Part shown: in pieces, positions 8,451 to 19,142 of the stretch | How the letters are laid out: the number at the start of each line of letters is the position of its first letter | Numbering within the stretch: position 1 is the stretch's first letter | NCBI GenBank assembly: GCA_036526075.1 | Contig: DATCZD010000171.1 | Coordinates: 1 to 42,780 of the forward strand | Reading direction: 5' to 3' | Origin: Pontiella sp. | GTDB taxonomy: Bacteria > Verrucomicrobiota > Kiritimatiellia > Kiritimatiellales > Pontiellaceae | Length of the DNA: 42,780 nucleotides | The notes under the pieces: generated by a model | What the model saw: the letters and a program-made list of their open reading frames with translations, nothing else | What the model was told of the DNA's origin: nothing | Database searches by the model: none | Translations under genes and position numbers: made by a program

Positions 8451-10586
8451 ATGAATAGTGTAGTGAACCAGAAGATGAATAAAGCAGGAAAGGGCTCGGA
8501 TTCCCCGCGGGAAGCCGATGGCCGTGCGCATGCTTTGTCCACGGTTCGCAACATTGGTATCATTGCACATATCGATGCGGGAAAGACCACAACGTCTGAA
8601 CGTATTCTCTTCTATTCCGGTAAGGTACACAAGATTGGCGAAGTTCATGATGGCACTGCCACTATGGACTGGATGATTCAGGAGCAGGAGCGCGGTATTA
8701 CGATTACATCCGCAGCGACTACCTGTTTTTGGAATGACCATCAGATTAATCTTATTGATACCCCCGGCCACGTTGATTTCACCGTGGAAGTTGAACGCTC
8801 ACTCCGAGTTCTTGATGGCGCAGTGGGCGTTTTCTGTGCGGTAGGCGGAGTTCAGCCTCAGTCTGAAACAGTTTGGCGTCAGGCCAACCGATACAATGTT
8901 CCGCGTTTGGCATTCGTCAACAAGATGGATCGCATGGGAGCTGACTTCTACAACGTTATCGACGATATACACAAAAAACTGAATGCGCCGGCCGTGGCCG
9001 TGCAACTTCCGATCGGCGCGGCCGAAACCTTCGAGGGAGTGATTGATCTAATCTCCATGAAGGCCATGCACTTTTCTGAGAGTGATATGGGGTCGAAGAT
9101 CGAATATGTCGACATGCCGGCAGACATGGCTATTGATGCTGAGGCTTATCGCGCTGAGCTGATCGAAAAAGTTGCCGAAGTTGATGAAGAGTTGCTGGAA
9201 GCCTATATGGAGGATGCGGATGTCTCAGAAGAGATTCTGACTGCCGCGCTTCGTCGTGCTGTTCTCGCCAATGATATTGTTCCGGTGCTTGTTGGCTCTT
9301 CTTTGAAAAATAAAGGCGTTCAGCCGCTGCTGGACGCAGTTGTTTCTCTTCTTCCGTCTCCACTTGATATTCCGGCGGTTCAGGGCGTTAACCCGAAGAA
9401 CGAAGTTAAGCAGGCTCGCGAAGCTTCTGATTTTGAGCCGTTGACCGGTTTGGTTTTTAAAATGGCGACCGATAAGTTTGTCGGCAAATTGGCTTTCGTT
9501 CGTATTTATGCCGGCCAGCTTAAAAAAGGCATGAACATTTATAATCCCCGCACCAAGAAGCGTGAACGCATTGGACGCCTTCTACGCCTACATGCAAACC
9601 ACCGAGAAGACATTGATGTATTGTATGCTGGTGAAATTGGCGGCATGGTCGGCCAAAAGCTGTTTACCACCGGGGATACCGTCTGCGCGGAAAATGATCC
9701 GATTGTTCTGGAAAACATCGAGTTTCCGGAACCAGTAATCTCCATGTCCATTGAGCCGAAGAGCACCGCCGACAAGGATGCTTTGGTGGCTGCGCTTCAG
9801 GATATGACCGACGAAGATCCTACTTTTCATACATCGATCCATGAAGAGACCGGTCAGACCATTATTCAGGGCATGGGCGAGCTTCATCTTGATATTATAA
9901 AGGATCGGATCTTCCGCGAATACAAGGTTCAAGCCAATGCCGGAAGGCCGATGGTGGCATATCGCGAGTCTGTTTCCGACAAGGGTGAGGGGTCCTTTAC
10001 TTTCGACCGAATCATTGGAGATGAGAATCATTTTGCGTCGTTGACGCTAGCCGTCGAACCGAATTCGCCCGGCGCTGGAAATGTGATCACTTTCGATGTT
10101 TCCAATAAAGTCATTCCTGATGAGTATCGCAAAGGCATCGAAGAGGGAATTAATGACGCCTTACTAACCGGTGTACTTGGCAACTTTGCCATTATCGACA
10201 CCAAGGTGGCCGTGATTGGTGGTCAGGCCCACGATACAGATTCTTCTGAAGTGGCTTTCCGCTCTGCTGCGGTTATGGCGCTGCGCGCTGCGGTGTCGAA
10301 TTCTAGCCCAATGTTGCTGGAGCCGATTATGCTGTTGGAAATTGAAACCCCTGAGGAACATCTGGGCGATGTTATGGGTGATCTCAACAGCCGTCGCGGA
10401 AAGATCCGTGAGATTAAGGCCTCCAATGCTTTGCAGGTCGTGCAGGCGGATGTTCCGCTTGCCGAGGTTTTCGGGTACGCAACCAGTTTGCGTTCCTTAA
10501 CAAAAGGAAGAGCGAGCTATTCGATGGAACCGCAAGCGTTTGATCCGGTCCCAGCGCATATGACAGACGCTATCCTTAATAGATAA
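8451..10586 (+). CDS. fusA: Elongation factor G, str-operon copy with divergent domain IV
   Basis: [36 protein letters not shown]. Start is 8451 or 8475, with an N-terminal extension. Confidence 0.95.
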   Translation: MNSVVNQKMNKAGKGSDSPREADGRAHALSTVRNIGIIAHIDAGKTTTSERILFYSGKVHKIGEVHDGTATMDWMIQEQERGITITSAATTCFWNDHQINLIDTPGHVDFTVEVERSLRVLDGAVGVFCAVGGVQPQSETVWRQANRYNVPRLAFVNKMDRMGADFYNVIDDIHKKLNAPAVAVQLPIGAAETFEGVIDLISMKAMHFSESDMGSKIEYVDMPADMAIDAEAYRAELIEKVAEVDEELLEAYMEDADVSEEILTAALRRAVLANDIVPVLVGSSLKNKGVQPLLDAVVSLLPSPLDIPAVQGVNPKNEVKQAREASDFEPLTGLVFKMATDKFVGKLAFVRIYAGQLKKGMNIYNPRTKKRERIGRLLRLHANHREDIDVLYAGEIGGMVGQKLFTTGDTVCAENDPIVLENIEFPEPVISMSIEPKSTADKDALVAALQDMTDEDPTFHTSIHEETGQTIIQGMGELHLDIIKDRIFREYKVQANAGRPMVAYRESVSDKGEGSFTFDRIIGDENHFASLTLAVEPNSPGAGNVITFDVSNKVIPDEYRKGIEEGINDALLTGVLGNFAIIDTKVAVIGGQAHDTDSSEVAFRSAAVMALRAAVSNSSPMLLEPIMLLEIETPEEHLGDVMGDLNSRRGKIREIKASNALQVVQADVPLAEVFGYATSLRSLTKGRASYSMEPQAFDPVPAHMTDAILNR

Positions 10587-10597
10587 GAGAGAGAATA

Positions 10598-10906
10598 ATG
10601 ACAAATCAAAGAATCAGAATTCGGCTGAAGTCGTTCGATCATCGTGTCCTCGATGTTTCAGCTACTGAAATTGTCGAGACGGCTCGTCGTACCGGTGCCC
10701 GCGTTGCAGGCCCTATTCCACTTCCGACTCGTATCGAGCGTTTCACTGTGAATAAGAGTCCGCACGTGAACAAAAAGTCTATGGAACAGTTCGAGATTCG
10801 TACGCATAAGCGTCTGCTCGATATCATTGATCCCACCATTAAGACGGTTGACGAGCTGAAAAAGCTGAACCTTCCGGCCGGTGTGGATATCACTATTAAG
10901 ATCTAG
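10598..10906 (+). CDS. rpsJ: 30S ribosomal protein S10
   Basis: [28 protein letters not shown]. Confidence 0.99.
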   Translation: MTNQRIRIRLKSFDHRVLDVSATEIVETARRTGARVAGPIPLPTRIERFTVNKSPHVNKKSMEQFEIRTHKRLLDIIDPTIKTVDELKKLNLPAGVDITIKI

Positions 10907-10919
10907 AGAGGAGGACATC

Positions 10920-11546
10920 ATGAAAGGTTTAATTGGTAAGAAACTCGGAATGACCTCCGTCTATGATGAAAACGGTGTTGCAGTTCCGGTTACGGTTATT
11001 GAGGCGGGCCCCTGTGTGGTTACCCAGCTTAAAGCGAGTGAAAAAGACGGCTACGATGCTGTTCAGCTTGGCTATGGCGATCAAAAAGAACAGCGCCTAA
11101 ATAAGCCGGACCTCGGTCAGTTCAAAAAGGCCGGCGTTGATGCTAAGAAGGTTCTTCGTGAATTTCGCGTAGAAGGTGCAGAGGTTAATGTTGGTGACGT
11201 TGTTACGGCCAGTGCATTCGAAGAAGTCAACTATGTTGATATTGTTGCTACCGGCAAGGGGCGTGGCTTCCAAGGCGTTGTGAAGCGCTATGACTTTGGT
11301 GGAGGTCGTGCTTCTCACGGTGGTGGCTGGGTGCGCCGTACCGGTTCTATCGGCATGTGTACATCTCCAAGCCGCGTTTTTAAGGGCAAAAAGATGCCTG
11401 GTCACATGGGTGACAAACGCGTTACCACTCAGAACCTTAAAGTTGTTCAGGTTCGTGCTGACGAAAACCTGATTCTGGTTAAAGGATCTGTTCCGGGCGC
11501 CAACGGCGGCATCGTTACGATCAAAGAAGCCCTCAAGAAAAAGTAA
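10920..11546 (+). CDS. rplC: 50S ribosomal protein L3
   Basis: GKKLGMT, KGRGFQGVVKR, GKKMPGHMG. ATG 10920 follows a GGAGG SD. Confidence 0.99.
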   Translation: MKGLIGKKLGMTSVYDENGVAVPVTVIEAGPCVVTQLKASEKDGYDAVQLGYGDQKEQRLNKPDLGQFKKAGVDAKKVLREFRVEGAEVNVGDVVTASAFEEVNYVDIVATGKGRGFQGVVKRYDFGGGRASHGGGWVRRTGSIGMCTSPSRVFKGKKMPGHMGDKRVTTQNLKVVQVRADENLILVKGSVPGANGGIVTIKEALKKK

Positions 11547-11558
11547 ACGAGGATTATC

Positions 11559-12182
11559 ATGAGCAAAGTACCTTTGAAAAATGTAAAAGGAGACAGCGTC
11601 GGCGACTACGAAGTTGCAGATAATCTCCTCGTGCTCGACAAGGGCAATCAGGCGGTTTACGAAGCAATTGTTGCTTACACTGCACACCAGCGCGCCGGAA
11701 CTGCCTCTACCCTGAGCAAGTCGGAAGTTAACGGTAGCGGTAAGAAGCCTTGGAAGCAGAAAGGCCTCGGTCGTGCTCGTGCCGGTTATAAACAATCAAA
11801 TGTTTGGCGCGGCGGTTATGTTGCGCACGGCCCGAAACCGCGTAAGTACAACAAGAAGCTTTCTAAGAAAGTGACTAAGCTGGCATTCGCTCGCGCATTT
11901 AGCGCCAAGGTTGATCAGGGTGATATCACCGTGATAGATGAACTGGCTCTGTCTGCGCCGAAGACTAAGGAGTTCGCGGCTGTGCTGAAGAATCTTGGCC
12001 TCGATCGTGGTGCTCTCTTCATTGTGGATGAGTCCGCTGAAAACCTGCTGCTGGCGTCCCGCAATGTGAAGCGTGTTGAAGTGGCTACTGCGAAGCTGGT
12101 TAACACATATCAGCTTCTCCGCTATAAGAACGTGATTGTTACTAAAGCCGGTATGGAAGCGCTTGAAGCGCGCCTCGGATAA
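11559..12182 (+). CDS. rplD: 50S ribosomal protein L4
   Basis: KPWKQKGLGRARAG, WRGG, HGPKPR. Confidence 0.99.
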   Translation: MSKVPLKNVKGDSVGDYEVADNLLVLDKGNQAVYEAIVAYTAHQRAGTASTLSKSEVNGSGKKPWKQKGLGRARAGYKQSNVWRGGYVAHGPKPRKYNKKLSKKVTKLAFARAFSAKVDQGDITVIDELALSAPKTKEFAAVLKNLGLDRGALFIVDESAENLLLASRNVKRVEVATAKLVNTYQLLRYKNVIVTKAGMEALEARLG

Positions 12183-12195
12183 AGGAGTTATCGAG

Positions 12196-12486
12196 ATGAA
12201 AAATTCAGTCGATATCGTTAAACAGGTTTTGTTGACAGAAAAAGCCGCAATCCTCGCAGAGGAGCAGAACAAATTTATGTTCAAGGTGGCGATGGGTGCC
12301 AACAAGGTAGAAATCAAACGAGCTGTCGAAGAGCTCTTCGATGTCCGTGTTATGGCCGTCAATACGATGCGCCGAAAAGGCAAGAAGAAGCGCCTGAGAA
12401 CAGCTCATTACGGAACGACCGCAGCGTCTAAGCGCGCCGTAGTCACAGTGCATGAGGATGACAAAGACAAGATGAGCCTTGTCTAA
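12196..12486 (+). CDS. rplW: 50S ribosomal protein L23
   Basis: LTEKA, ANKVEIKRAVEELF, VNT. ATG 12196 follows an AAGGAG SD. Confidence 0.98.
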   Translation: MKNSVDIVKQVLLTEKAAILAEEQNKFMFKVAMGANKVEIKRAVEELFDVRVMAVNTMRRKGKKKRLRTAHYGTTAASKRAVVTVHEDDKDKMSLV

Positions 12487-12498
12487 GGAGTTAATGTA

Positions 12499-13326
12499 AT
12501 GCCTTTAAAAACACACAAACCGTATACACCGAGCCGCCGGCATATGGTGTTGTCGGATTTCGCTGAAATCACGAAGAGCTCTCCTGAGCGCTCTTTGGTT
12601 AAAGCGAAGAAGAGTAAAGCCGGCCGTAATAGCGCGGGACGCATTTCGGTGCGTCACCGTGGAGGTGGACATAAGCGCCGCTATCGTGTGATCGACTTCA
12701 AGCGCGACAAGTTTGGTATTCCAGCTAAAGTTGCAGCTATCGAGTATGATCCGAACCGTTCCGCTCGTATCGCCCTTTTACATTACGCAGACGGGGAGAA
12801 ACGTTACATCATTGCGCCGCAGAACCTTAAAGTGGGTGCTAGCTTAATGTCTGGGCCTGGTGCTGAGCCTGTAGTGGGCAATGCGCTTCCGCTTGGAAAG
12901 ATTCCGCTTGGTATGGCGGTACACAATATTGAGCTGGTTGCCGGCCGTGGAGGTCAGCTGGTTCGTTCCGCTGGTACTTCTGCGCAACTGATGTCTCGTG
13001 AAGAAGACTTCGCGCATATCAAGATGCCTTCTGGCGAAATTAGACTTATCCGAACCAATTGCATGGCCACGATCGGCCGCGTTGGCAATGTTGAACACAA
13101 CAATATCGTAATGGGTAAAGCTGGCCGTAAGCGTTGGCTGGGCATCCGTCCGACTGTTCGTGGTGTTGCGATGAACCCGGTTGACCATCCGATGGGTGGT
13201 GGTGAAGGTCGCACCTCCGGTGGCGGACATCCGAAGTCCCCATGGGGTCTGCTTGCTAAGGGCAAACGCACGCGCAATAAGCATAAACAGACCAACAAAT
13301 ATATTGTTGAACGGAGGAAGAAATAA
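12499..13326 (+). CDS. rplB: 50S ribosomal protein L2
   Basis: [39 protein letters not shown]. Confidence 0.99.
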   Translation: MPLKTHKPYTPSRRHMVLSDFAEITKSSPERSLVKAKKSKAGRNSAGRISVRHRGGGHKRRYRVIDFKRDKFGIPAKVAAIEYDPNRSARIALLHYADGEKRYIIAPQNLKVGASLMSGPGAEPVVGNALPLGKIPLGMAVHNIELVAGRGGQLVRSAGTSAQLMSREEDFAHIKMPSGEIRLIRTNCMATIGRVGNVEHNNIVMGKAGRKRWLGIRPTVRGVAMNPVDHPMGGGEGRTSGGGHPKSPWGLLAKGKRTRNKHKQTNKYIVERRKK

Positions 13327-13595
13327 TGGCTCGTTCACTGAAAAAGGGTCCCTACGTAGACCTTAAGCTAATTAAGAAGGTTCGCAAGCTGGATGAGTCC
13401 GGACGCAAAGCCCCGATTAAAACCTGGGCCCGTGCATCTGTGATTGTTCCTGAATTTGTCGGTCACACCTTCAATGTTCACAACGGTAAAGTATTCGTTC
13501 CGGTGTTTGTTACGGAGAATATGGTCGGGCACAAACTGGGTGAATTTTCACCTACCCGCGCCTTCAAAACTCACGGTATGGCGACGGAAAAATAG
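13326..13595 (+). CDS. rpsS: 30S ribosomal protein S19
   Basis: [26 protein letters not shown]. Confidence 0.99.
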   Translation: MARSLKKGPYVDLKLIKKVRKLDESGRKAPIKTWARASVIVPEFVGHTFNVHNGKVFVPVFVTENMVGHKLGEFSPTRAFKTHGMATEK

Positions 13596-13693
13596 TCGGA
13601 TGGGATTTTTCAGTCGAAATCGCTGGATTTTGACTGCTGAATCCCTAGACTTTCCGCCCTTTATCCCCCGTGGAAAATTGAGGTTGAAAACAC

Positions 13694-14029
13694 ATGGAAG
13701 TGTCAGCAACAACTAAATATGTACGCATGTCGCCTACCAAGGCCCGTGATTTAGCAAATGAAATCAAGGGGCTGTCGGTTGCCGATGCTCTGCGTATTAC
13801 AGAATTCAATGCTCGCAAGGCTGCTATAAAAATCGGCAAGACTCTCAAATCGGCGATTGCAAATGCCGAAAATAACGAGGGTCTGTCGGCAGACAGCCTA
13901 TATGTGAAGAACGCTATCGTGGATGGTGGACCGATGATGAAAAGATTCCGTCCGCGTGCCCGTGGCATGGCTAGTCCGATTCAGAAGAAGACCAGCCATA
14001 TTACCGTTATTCTAACCGACAAAGCGTAA
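13694..14029 (+). CDS. rplV: 50S ribosomal protein L22
   Basis: SAIANAENN, KRFRPRARG, TSHITV. Confidence 0.99.
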   Translation: MEVSATTKYVRMSPTKARDLANEIKGLSVADALRITEFNARKAAIKIGKTLKSAIANAENNEGLSADSLYVKNAIVDGGPMMKRFRPRARGMASPIQKKTSHITVILTDKA

Positions 14030-14039
14030 GGAGACTATT

Positions 14040-14672
14040 GTGGGTCAAAAAGTAAATCCTATTGGAATGAGGCTCGCGCTTACTAAGGACTGGCGTTCGC
14101 GCTGGTATGCAGACAAGCGTGACTTCGGAACCATGCTCAAGGAAGACGTCGACATCCGCGAACTCGTTTCTGAACGATTGAAGGACGCTGCTGTGTCGGA
14201 CATTTATGTTGAGCGTTATGCAAACCGTATCCGTGTAACTATCAAGACTGCACGCCCAGGGTTGGTTATCGGCCGCAAGGGTGAGGACATCGATAAGCTT
14301 CGCGAAGTACTCTCTAAGATTACCAAAAAGGAAGTCTACATTGAGATCGCTGAAGTGAAGAAACCCGATCTGGATGCCTCTCTGGTTGCTGCTAATGTGG
14401 CGATGCAGCTCGAGCGCCGAGTTTCTCATCGTCGTGCTATGAAACGCGCACTTCAGATGGCAATGGATAACGGTGCCCTGGGAATCAAGATCCAGGCTGG
14501 TGGTCGTTTGAACGGTGCGGAAATTGCACGTTCTGAGAGCTATAAAGAAGGCAAAATTCCGTTGCACACGTTGCGTGCCAATATTGACTACGGCACTGCG
14601 GAAGCCAACACCGTTGCCGGTATTATCGGTATTAAGGTGTGGATCTGCAAGGAATCCGAAAAGAAAGCCTAG
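14040..14672 (+). CDS. rpsC: 30S ribosomal protein S3
   Basis: GQKVNPIG, RPGLVIGRKG, GRLNGAEIAR, PLHTLRA. GTG start. Confidence 0.99.
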   Translation: MGQKVNPIGMRLALTKDWRSRWYADKRDFGTMLKEDVDIRELVSERLKDAAVSDIYVERYANRIRVTIKTARPGLVIGRKGEDIDKLREVLSKITKKEVYIEIAEVKKPDLDASLVAANVAMQLERRVSHRRAMKRALQMAMDNGALGIKIQAGGRLNGAEIARSESYKEGKIPLHTLRANIDYGTAEANTVAGIIGIKVWICKESEKKA

Positions 14673-14683
14673 GAGATTGAATC

Positions 14684-15103
14684 ATGCCTTTGATGCCAAA
14701 AAGAGTTAAATATAGAAAGGTTCAGCGTGGCTCCCGCAAGGGTTTGGCCCAGAAGGGCAATCAGCTGGCCTACGGAGAGTACGGTCTCCAGTCACTGGAA
14801 CGTGGATGGATCAGCTCGATCCAGATCGAAGCGTGCCGTGTTGCTGCAACCCGTGCTATGAAGCGTAAAGGGAAGTTGTGGATTCGCATCTTTCCAGACA
14901 AACCAATTACCAAGAAGCCGTTGGAAGTTCGTATGGGTAAGGGTAAAGGGGCTGTGGACCAGTGGGTTGCAGTTATCAAGCCGGGAACCATGCTTTTCGA
15001 ATTGGACGGAGTTCCGGAATCGTTAGCTAAAGAGTGTTTGCGTCTTGCAGCCACTAAACTGCCAGTCCGTGCTCGTTTCGTTCAACGGCATGCTCACGAC
15101 TAA
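14684..15103 (+). CDS. rplP: 50S ribosomal protein L16
   Basis: [24 protein letters not shown]. Confidence 0.99.
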   Translation: MPLMPKRVKYRKVQRGSRKGLAQKGNQLAYGEYGLQSLERGWISSIQIEACRVAATRAMKRKGKLWIRIFPDKPITKKPLEVRMGKGKGAVDQWVAVIKPGTMLFELDGVPESLAKECLRLAATKLPVRARFVQRHAHD

Positions 15104-15118
15104 AGAAGGGAGCAGACC

Positions 15119-15313
15119 ATGAAGCTTAATGAATTGAAAGAAATGACGACCGAAGAGCTGAATCAGCAGCTTGCAGACATTAAAAAGGAGCAGTTCAACT
15201 TGAAGCTCCAACAGGTGTCTGGTCAGCTGGAGAATCCGGCGCGTGTGAAAGCGTTGCGTCGTACGGTTGCCCGTATCAAGACCATCCAGAGTGAAAAGAA
15301 AGTTAAAGGGTAA
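15119..15313 (+). CDS. rpmC: 50S ribosomal protein L29
   Basis: FNLKLQ, GQLENP, RRTVARIKT, and operon position. Confidence 0.98.
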   Translation: MKLNELKEMTTEELNQQLADIKKEQFNLKLQQVSGQLENPARVKALRRTVARIKTIQSEKKVKG

Positions 15314-15318
15314 CGATC

Positions 15319-15585
15319 ATGGAAAAGACAGATAGAAATCTGCGCAAAAAGCGCGAAGGTCGAGTTATCAGTAAGAGTGGTGACAAGACTGTTGTTGTTC
15401 TGATCGAGCGTCGTGTTCGTCACCCGCTGTACGGTAAGGAAATCCGCATTTCTAAGAAAGTGCATGTACACGATGAAGAGAACAAGGCCAGCATTGGCGA
15501 TGTTGTTCGCGTTATGGAAACCCGTCCGCTCAGCAAGCTGAAGCGCTGGCGTCTGGTGGATATTATTTCGGAATCAGCGAAATAA
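15319..15585 (+). CDS. rpsQ: 30S ribosomal protein S17
   Basis: DKTVVV, HPLYGK, HDE, ETRPLSK. Confidence 0.99.
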   Translation: MEKTDRNLRKKREGRVISKSGDKTVVVLIERRVRHPLYGKEIRISKKVHVHDEENKASIGDVVRVMETRPLSKLKRWRLVDIISESAK

Positions 15586-15599
15586 GGTAGGGCAGAACT

Positions 15600-15965
15600 A
15601 TGATTCAAGAGCAAACACGATTGAAGGTAGCTGACAACTCTGGAGCACGTTCCGTAATGTGTATCCGTGTGCTCGGCACCAAAAGTAAGGTTGCCCGTGT
15701 GGGCGACGTAATCCGCGTTTCTGTGAAAGAAGCACAGCCTAACGGTGTGCTAAAGAAAGGGGACCTCTGCAAAGCGGTTGTCGTTCGTACCAAGAGCACA
15801 ATTCGTCGTGCTGATGGCTCCTGCCTTCGTTTCGACGGGAATGCGGCCGTCATTATTGATGACAACAACAACCCGCGCGGCACCCGTATTTTCGGGCCGG
15901 TCGCTCGTGAGCTTCGCGACAACGATTTCATGAAAGTTGTGTCGCTTGCTCCCGAAGTACTGTAA
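15600..15965 (+). CDS. rplN: 50S ribosomal protein L14
   Basis: [27 protein letters not shown]. Confidence 0.99.
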   Translation: MIQEQTRLKVADNSGARSVMCIRVLGTKSKVARVGDVIRVSVKEAQPNGVLKKGDLCKAVVVRTKSTIRRADGSCLRFDGNAAVIIDDNNNPRGTRIFGPVARELRDNDFMKVVSLAPEVL

Positions 15966-15986
15966 AGCGCAGGGGAGGAGTTTAAG

Positions 15987-16208
15987 ATGAGTAAAGCCAA
16001 AATCAAAAAGGGCGACACAGTGACTGTGATTGCCGGTGATGACAAAGGCAAGTCGGGCAAGGTTCTTCAGGTCACCAGCGGACGAGTGCTGGTTGAAGGA
16101 GTTAACTTTGTGAAAAAGCATATGCGGAAGAGCGAGGAAAACCCTCAGGGTGGTATCGTTGAGCGCGAAGCGCCTATTGCGATTTCCAATGTGAAGGTTT
16201 CCGGATAA
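15987..16208 (+). CDS. rplX: 50S ribosomal protein L24 (short, 73 aa)
   Basis: KOW motif [33 protein letters not shown]. Confidence 0.97.
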   Translation: MSKAKIKKGDTVTVIAGDDKGKSGKVLQVTSGRVLVEGVNFVKKHMRKSEENPQGGIVEREAPIAISNVKVSG

Positions 16209-16250
16209 GCGTTCCAAGCATTGGAGCCGTAATTTTGGAGGAAGGGCAAC

Positions 16251-16799
16251 ATGACCCCAACACTAAAAACTAAATACAATGATGCAGTAGCACCGAAGCT
16301 CATAGAGAGTCGTGGCTACTCAAACAAAATGCAGGTTCCCGCAATCAAGAAGATCGTTCTGAACCTCTGTGTTTCGGTTAATTATGACCGCGACACCTTG
16401 ACCAGTCTGGCTGATGATCTCGGTAAGATTACAGGTCAGAAGGCCGTAATTACCAAGGCCAAGAAGAGCGTATCGAACTTCAAGTTGCGTGAAGGAATGC
16501 CGATTGGTGCACGTGTTACACTGCGTGGAAATCGGATGTACGAATTCATGGATCGTTTTGTAAACGCTACGTTGCCGCGTATCCGCGACTTCCGCGGTAT
16601 TCCGGCCGACTCATTCGACGGACAGGGTAACTACTCTATGGGTCTACAGGAACAGACCGTATTTCCTGAAATCGATCCGGATAAGGTGAAGAAGGTTCAC
16701 GGTATGGACATTACTTTCGTGACTTCTGCTTCCCAGGACGATGAAGCAAAAGAACTGCTGTCATTGATGGGCATGCCGTTTAAATCGGGCAACGAATAG
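16251..16799 (+). CDS. rplE: 50S ribosomal protein L5
   Basis: [33 protein letters not shown]. Confidence 0.99.
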   Translation: MTPTLKTKYNDAVAPKLIESRGYSNKMQVPAIKKIVLNLCVSVNYDRDTLTSLADDLGKITGQKAVITKAKKSVSNFKLREGMPIGARVTLRGNRMYEFMDRFVNATLPRIRDFRGIPADSFDGQGNYSMGLQEQTVFPEIDPDKVKKVHGMDITFVTSASQDDEAKELLSLMGMPFKSGNE

Positions 16800-16813
16800 G
16801 AAGAGGTATAGAA

Positions 16814-17212
16814 ATGGTTTTATCAGATCCAATCGCTGACATGTTGACCCGTATTCGCAATGCGAACATGGCCGAAAAGACTATTGTGGCAATGCCGCAC
16901 TCTAAAATTAAGAGTGAAATTGCCCGCATTCTTAAAGCTGAAGGGTTCATCAAGGACTACACTATGGAAAACAATGACGGTAAGAGCGTTCTGAATGTTT
17001 TCCTCAAATACACGATTGATCGCGAGCCGGTCATTCAGGGGCTTCGCCGCATCAGTAAGCCCAGCTGCCGTAAGTATGTCAATTCCGAGGATATTCCGCG
17101 TGTACTAGGCGGTATCGGTTTGGCGATCCTGAGCACCTCTTCTGGTCTTGTTACAGATACAGAAGCTCGTGAAAAGAAAATCGGAGGAGAAGTCCTCTGC
17201 TACGTTTGGTAG
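16814..17212 (+). CDS. rpsH: 30S ribosomal protein S8
   Basis: [32 protein letters not shown]. Confidence 0.99.
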   Translation: MVLSDPIADMLTRIRNANMAEKTIVAMPHSKIKSEIARILKAEGFIKDYTMENNDGKSVLNVFLKYTIDREPVIQGLRRISKPSCRKYVNSEDIPRVLGGIGLAILSTSSGLVTDTEAREKKIGGEVLCYVW

Positions 17213-17230
17213 GAAGGGTCGGGTTTTATT

Positions 17231-17770
17231 ATGTCAAGAATAGGTAAACAACCAATTTTGATCCCCGCCGGTGTGACCGTCGAGGTCAACGGTCAGACCA
17301 TTACGGTCAAGGGTGCGAAGGGCGAGAGCTCTTATGTTTCTCCTGAGTGTGTTGCGGTTTCCGTTGAAGACAATCAGGTTATGGTTTCCCGTACCGATGA
17401 CTCCAAGTTCGGCAAGTCGATGTTTGGTACTGTACGTAGCCTTGTTAGCAACATGGTCGTCGGCGTGAGCCAGGGCTATAAAAGAGATCTTATTATTGAA
17501 GGTGTCGGTTATAAAGCTGTGAAGAATGGACAGGAAGTAGTTCTTTCTCTCGGTTACTCCCATGACATCAATTATGCGATTCCGGAAGGGGTCAGCGTAG
17601 AAGTGGGAGGCAATGGAACTACGGTTTCAGTTGAAGGCATTGACAAGCAACTTGTCGGTCAGGTCGCAGCACGTATTCGCGACTACTCGCCGGTAGAACC
17701 GTACAAAAGCAAGGGCGTTCGTTACTCTGATGAGCAGGTTCGTCGCAAGGAAGGTAAGGCGGTTGCATAA
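17231..17770 (+). CDS. rplF: 50S ribosomal protein L6
   Basis: MSRIGK, GVGY, LGYSH, EPYKSKGVRY. Confidence 0.99.
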   Translation: MSRIGKQPILIPAGVTVEVNGQTITVKGAKGESSYVSPECVAVSVEDNQVMVSRTDDSKFGKSMFGTVRSLVSNMVVGVSQGYKRDLIIEGVGYKAVKNGQEVVLSLGYSHDINYAIPEGVSVEVGGNGTTVSVEGIDKQLVGQVAARIRDYSPVEPYKSKGVRYSDEQVRRKEGKAVA

Positions 17771-18105
17771 TGGCTACTAAAAGCAAAAAAGAGATGAGAA
17801 TTCGTCGCCACTACCGTGTGCGCAATAAGGTTCAGGGAACTGCTGTGCGTCCGCGTATGGCATTCTTCCGCTCCAATAAGCGTATGGAAGTGCAGTTCAT
17901 CGATGATGATGCCCGTCTAACCCTCTGCGGAGTTTCCTGTGATGGAAAAAATGCGGAAGCGGCCAAGGTTCTCGGAACCAAAGCGGCTGAAGTAGCCAAG
18001 AGCAAGGGAATTGAAACCGTAGTATTCGACCGCGGTGGATTCAGATTTGGCAATAACCTTAAAACACTGGCTGACAGCGCTCGCGAAGCGGGTCTTAAAT
18101 TCTAG
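17770..18105 (+). CDS. rplR: 50S ribosomal protein L18
   Basis: RPR, RSNK, VVFDRGG, AREAGLKF. Confidence 0.98.
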   Translation: MATKSKKEMRIRRHYRVRNKVQGTAVRPRMAFFRSNKRMEVQFIDDDARLTLCGVSCDGKNAEAAKVLGTKAAEVAKSKGIETVVFDRGGFRFGNNLKTLADSAREAGLKF

Positions 18106-18114
18106 GAGTTTCCA

Positions 18115-18660
18115 ATGGCAGAACAACAAAGAGAACGCAAAGGCCGCCAAGGTGGCCGTGGCCGCAAAGGTCGTCGCGATGAAAACCAGGAAGTTCGCGA
18201 AAAGCCGGAATTCGAAGAGCGTGTGGTTCACATTAGCCGCAACTCTAAGGTGGTTAAGGGTGGTCGTCGCTTTAGCTTCGGTGCACTTGTAGTAGTCGGT
18301 GATCGTAAGGGCCGAGTTGGTTATGGTCTCGGAAAAGCTGCTGAAGTTTCTGAGGCGATCCGTAAGGCGAGCGATTCCGCTAAACGTGATTTGCAGACCA
18401 TTACAATGCGCGGCACGACTTTGCCGCATGATGCAATGGGCAAGTACAGTGGCGCTCAGGTTTTGATCCGCCCAGCCTCCGAAGGTACCGGTATTATCGC
18501 CGGTGGTCCGTGCCGTGCCGTACTTGAACTTGCAGGAGTTCGTGATGTACTAGCTAAGTCGCTCGGTTCCAACAACCACCTTAATGTAACTAAAGCAACC
18601 CTTAAGGCGCTGAGCATGCTCCGCTCTAAGCAGGAAGCACTCGCGATCCGCAAGGGTTAG
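18115..18660 (+). CDS. rpsE: 30S ribosomal protein S5
   Basis: [31 protein letters not shown]. Confidence 0.99.
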   Translation: MAEQQRERKGRQGGRGRKGRRDENQEVREKPEFEERVVHISRNSKVVKGGRRFSFGALVVVGDRKGRVGYGLGKAAEVSEAIRKASDSAKRDLQTITMRGTTLPHDAMGKYSGAQVLIRPASEGTGIIAGGPCRAVLELAGVRDVLAKSLGSNNHLNVTKATLKALSMLRSKQEALAIRKG

Positions 18661-18680
18661 TTTAGGAAAGGAATTCAGTC

Positions 18681-19121
18681 ATGGATTTACATTCATTGCA
18701 ACCAGTAGAAGGTTCCAAGCATCGGAAGATCCGCGTTGGCCGTGGCCGCGCATCTGGCAAGGGAAAGACCGGTGGACGTGGTCATAAGGGTCAGATGTCC
18801 CGTGCGGGCGCGACTCATAAGCCGCTGTTCGAAGGGGGTCAGATGCCCCTCGTTCGTAAGCTTCCGAAGCGTGGCTTTAAGAACTTCACCCGCAAGGAAA
18901 TCCTTGCTGTGAATCTCGATGCGCTCAATATCTTTGAAGACGGTACTGAAGTGACCATCGAACTTCTCAAGGAGAAGGGGTTGGCCAACGGCCGTTTTGA
19001 CGGTGTTAAGATTCTCGGTAACGGCGCTATAGAGAAGAAGTTGACGGTTAAGGCCAACGCATTCTCCTCATCTGCGAAGGAAAAAATCGAAGCTGCCGGC
19101 GGTAGCTGCGAAGTTGTTTAA
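18681..19121 (+). CDS. rplO: 50S ribosomal protein L15
   Basis: [30 protein letters not shown]. Confidence 0.99.
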   Translation: MDLHSLQPVEGSKHRKIRVGRGRASGKGKTGGRGHKGQMSRAGATHKPLFEGGQMPLVRKLPKRGFKNFTRKEILAVNLDALNIFEDGTEVTIELLKEKGLANGRFDGVKILGNGAIEKKLTVKANAFSSSAKEKIEAAGGSCEVV

Positions 19122-19142
19122 TCAACGAAAGGTTGCATCGTC

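Noticed and set aside
10881-12195. Upstream GTG/TTG starts for rplC (10881) and rplW (12136)
   Set aside because: They overlap the preceding genes. SD-backed ATGs at 10920 and 12196 give normal lengths.
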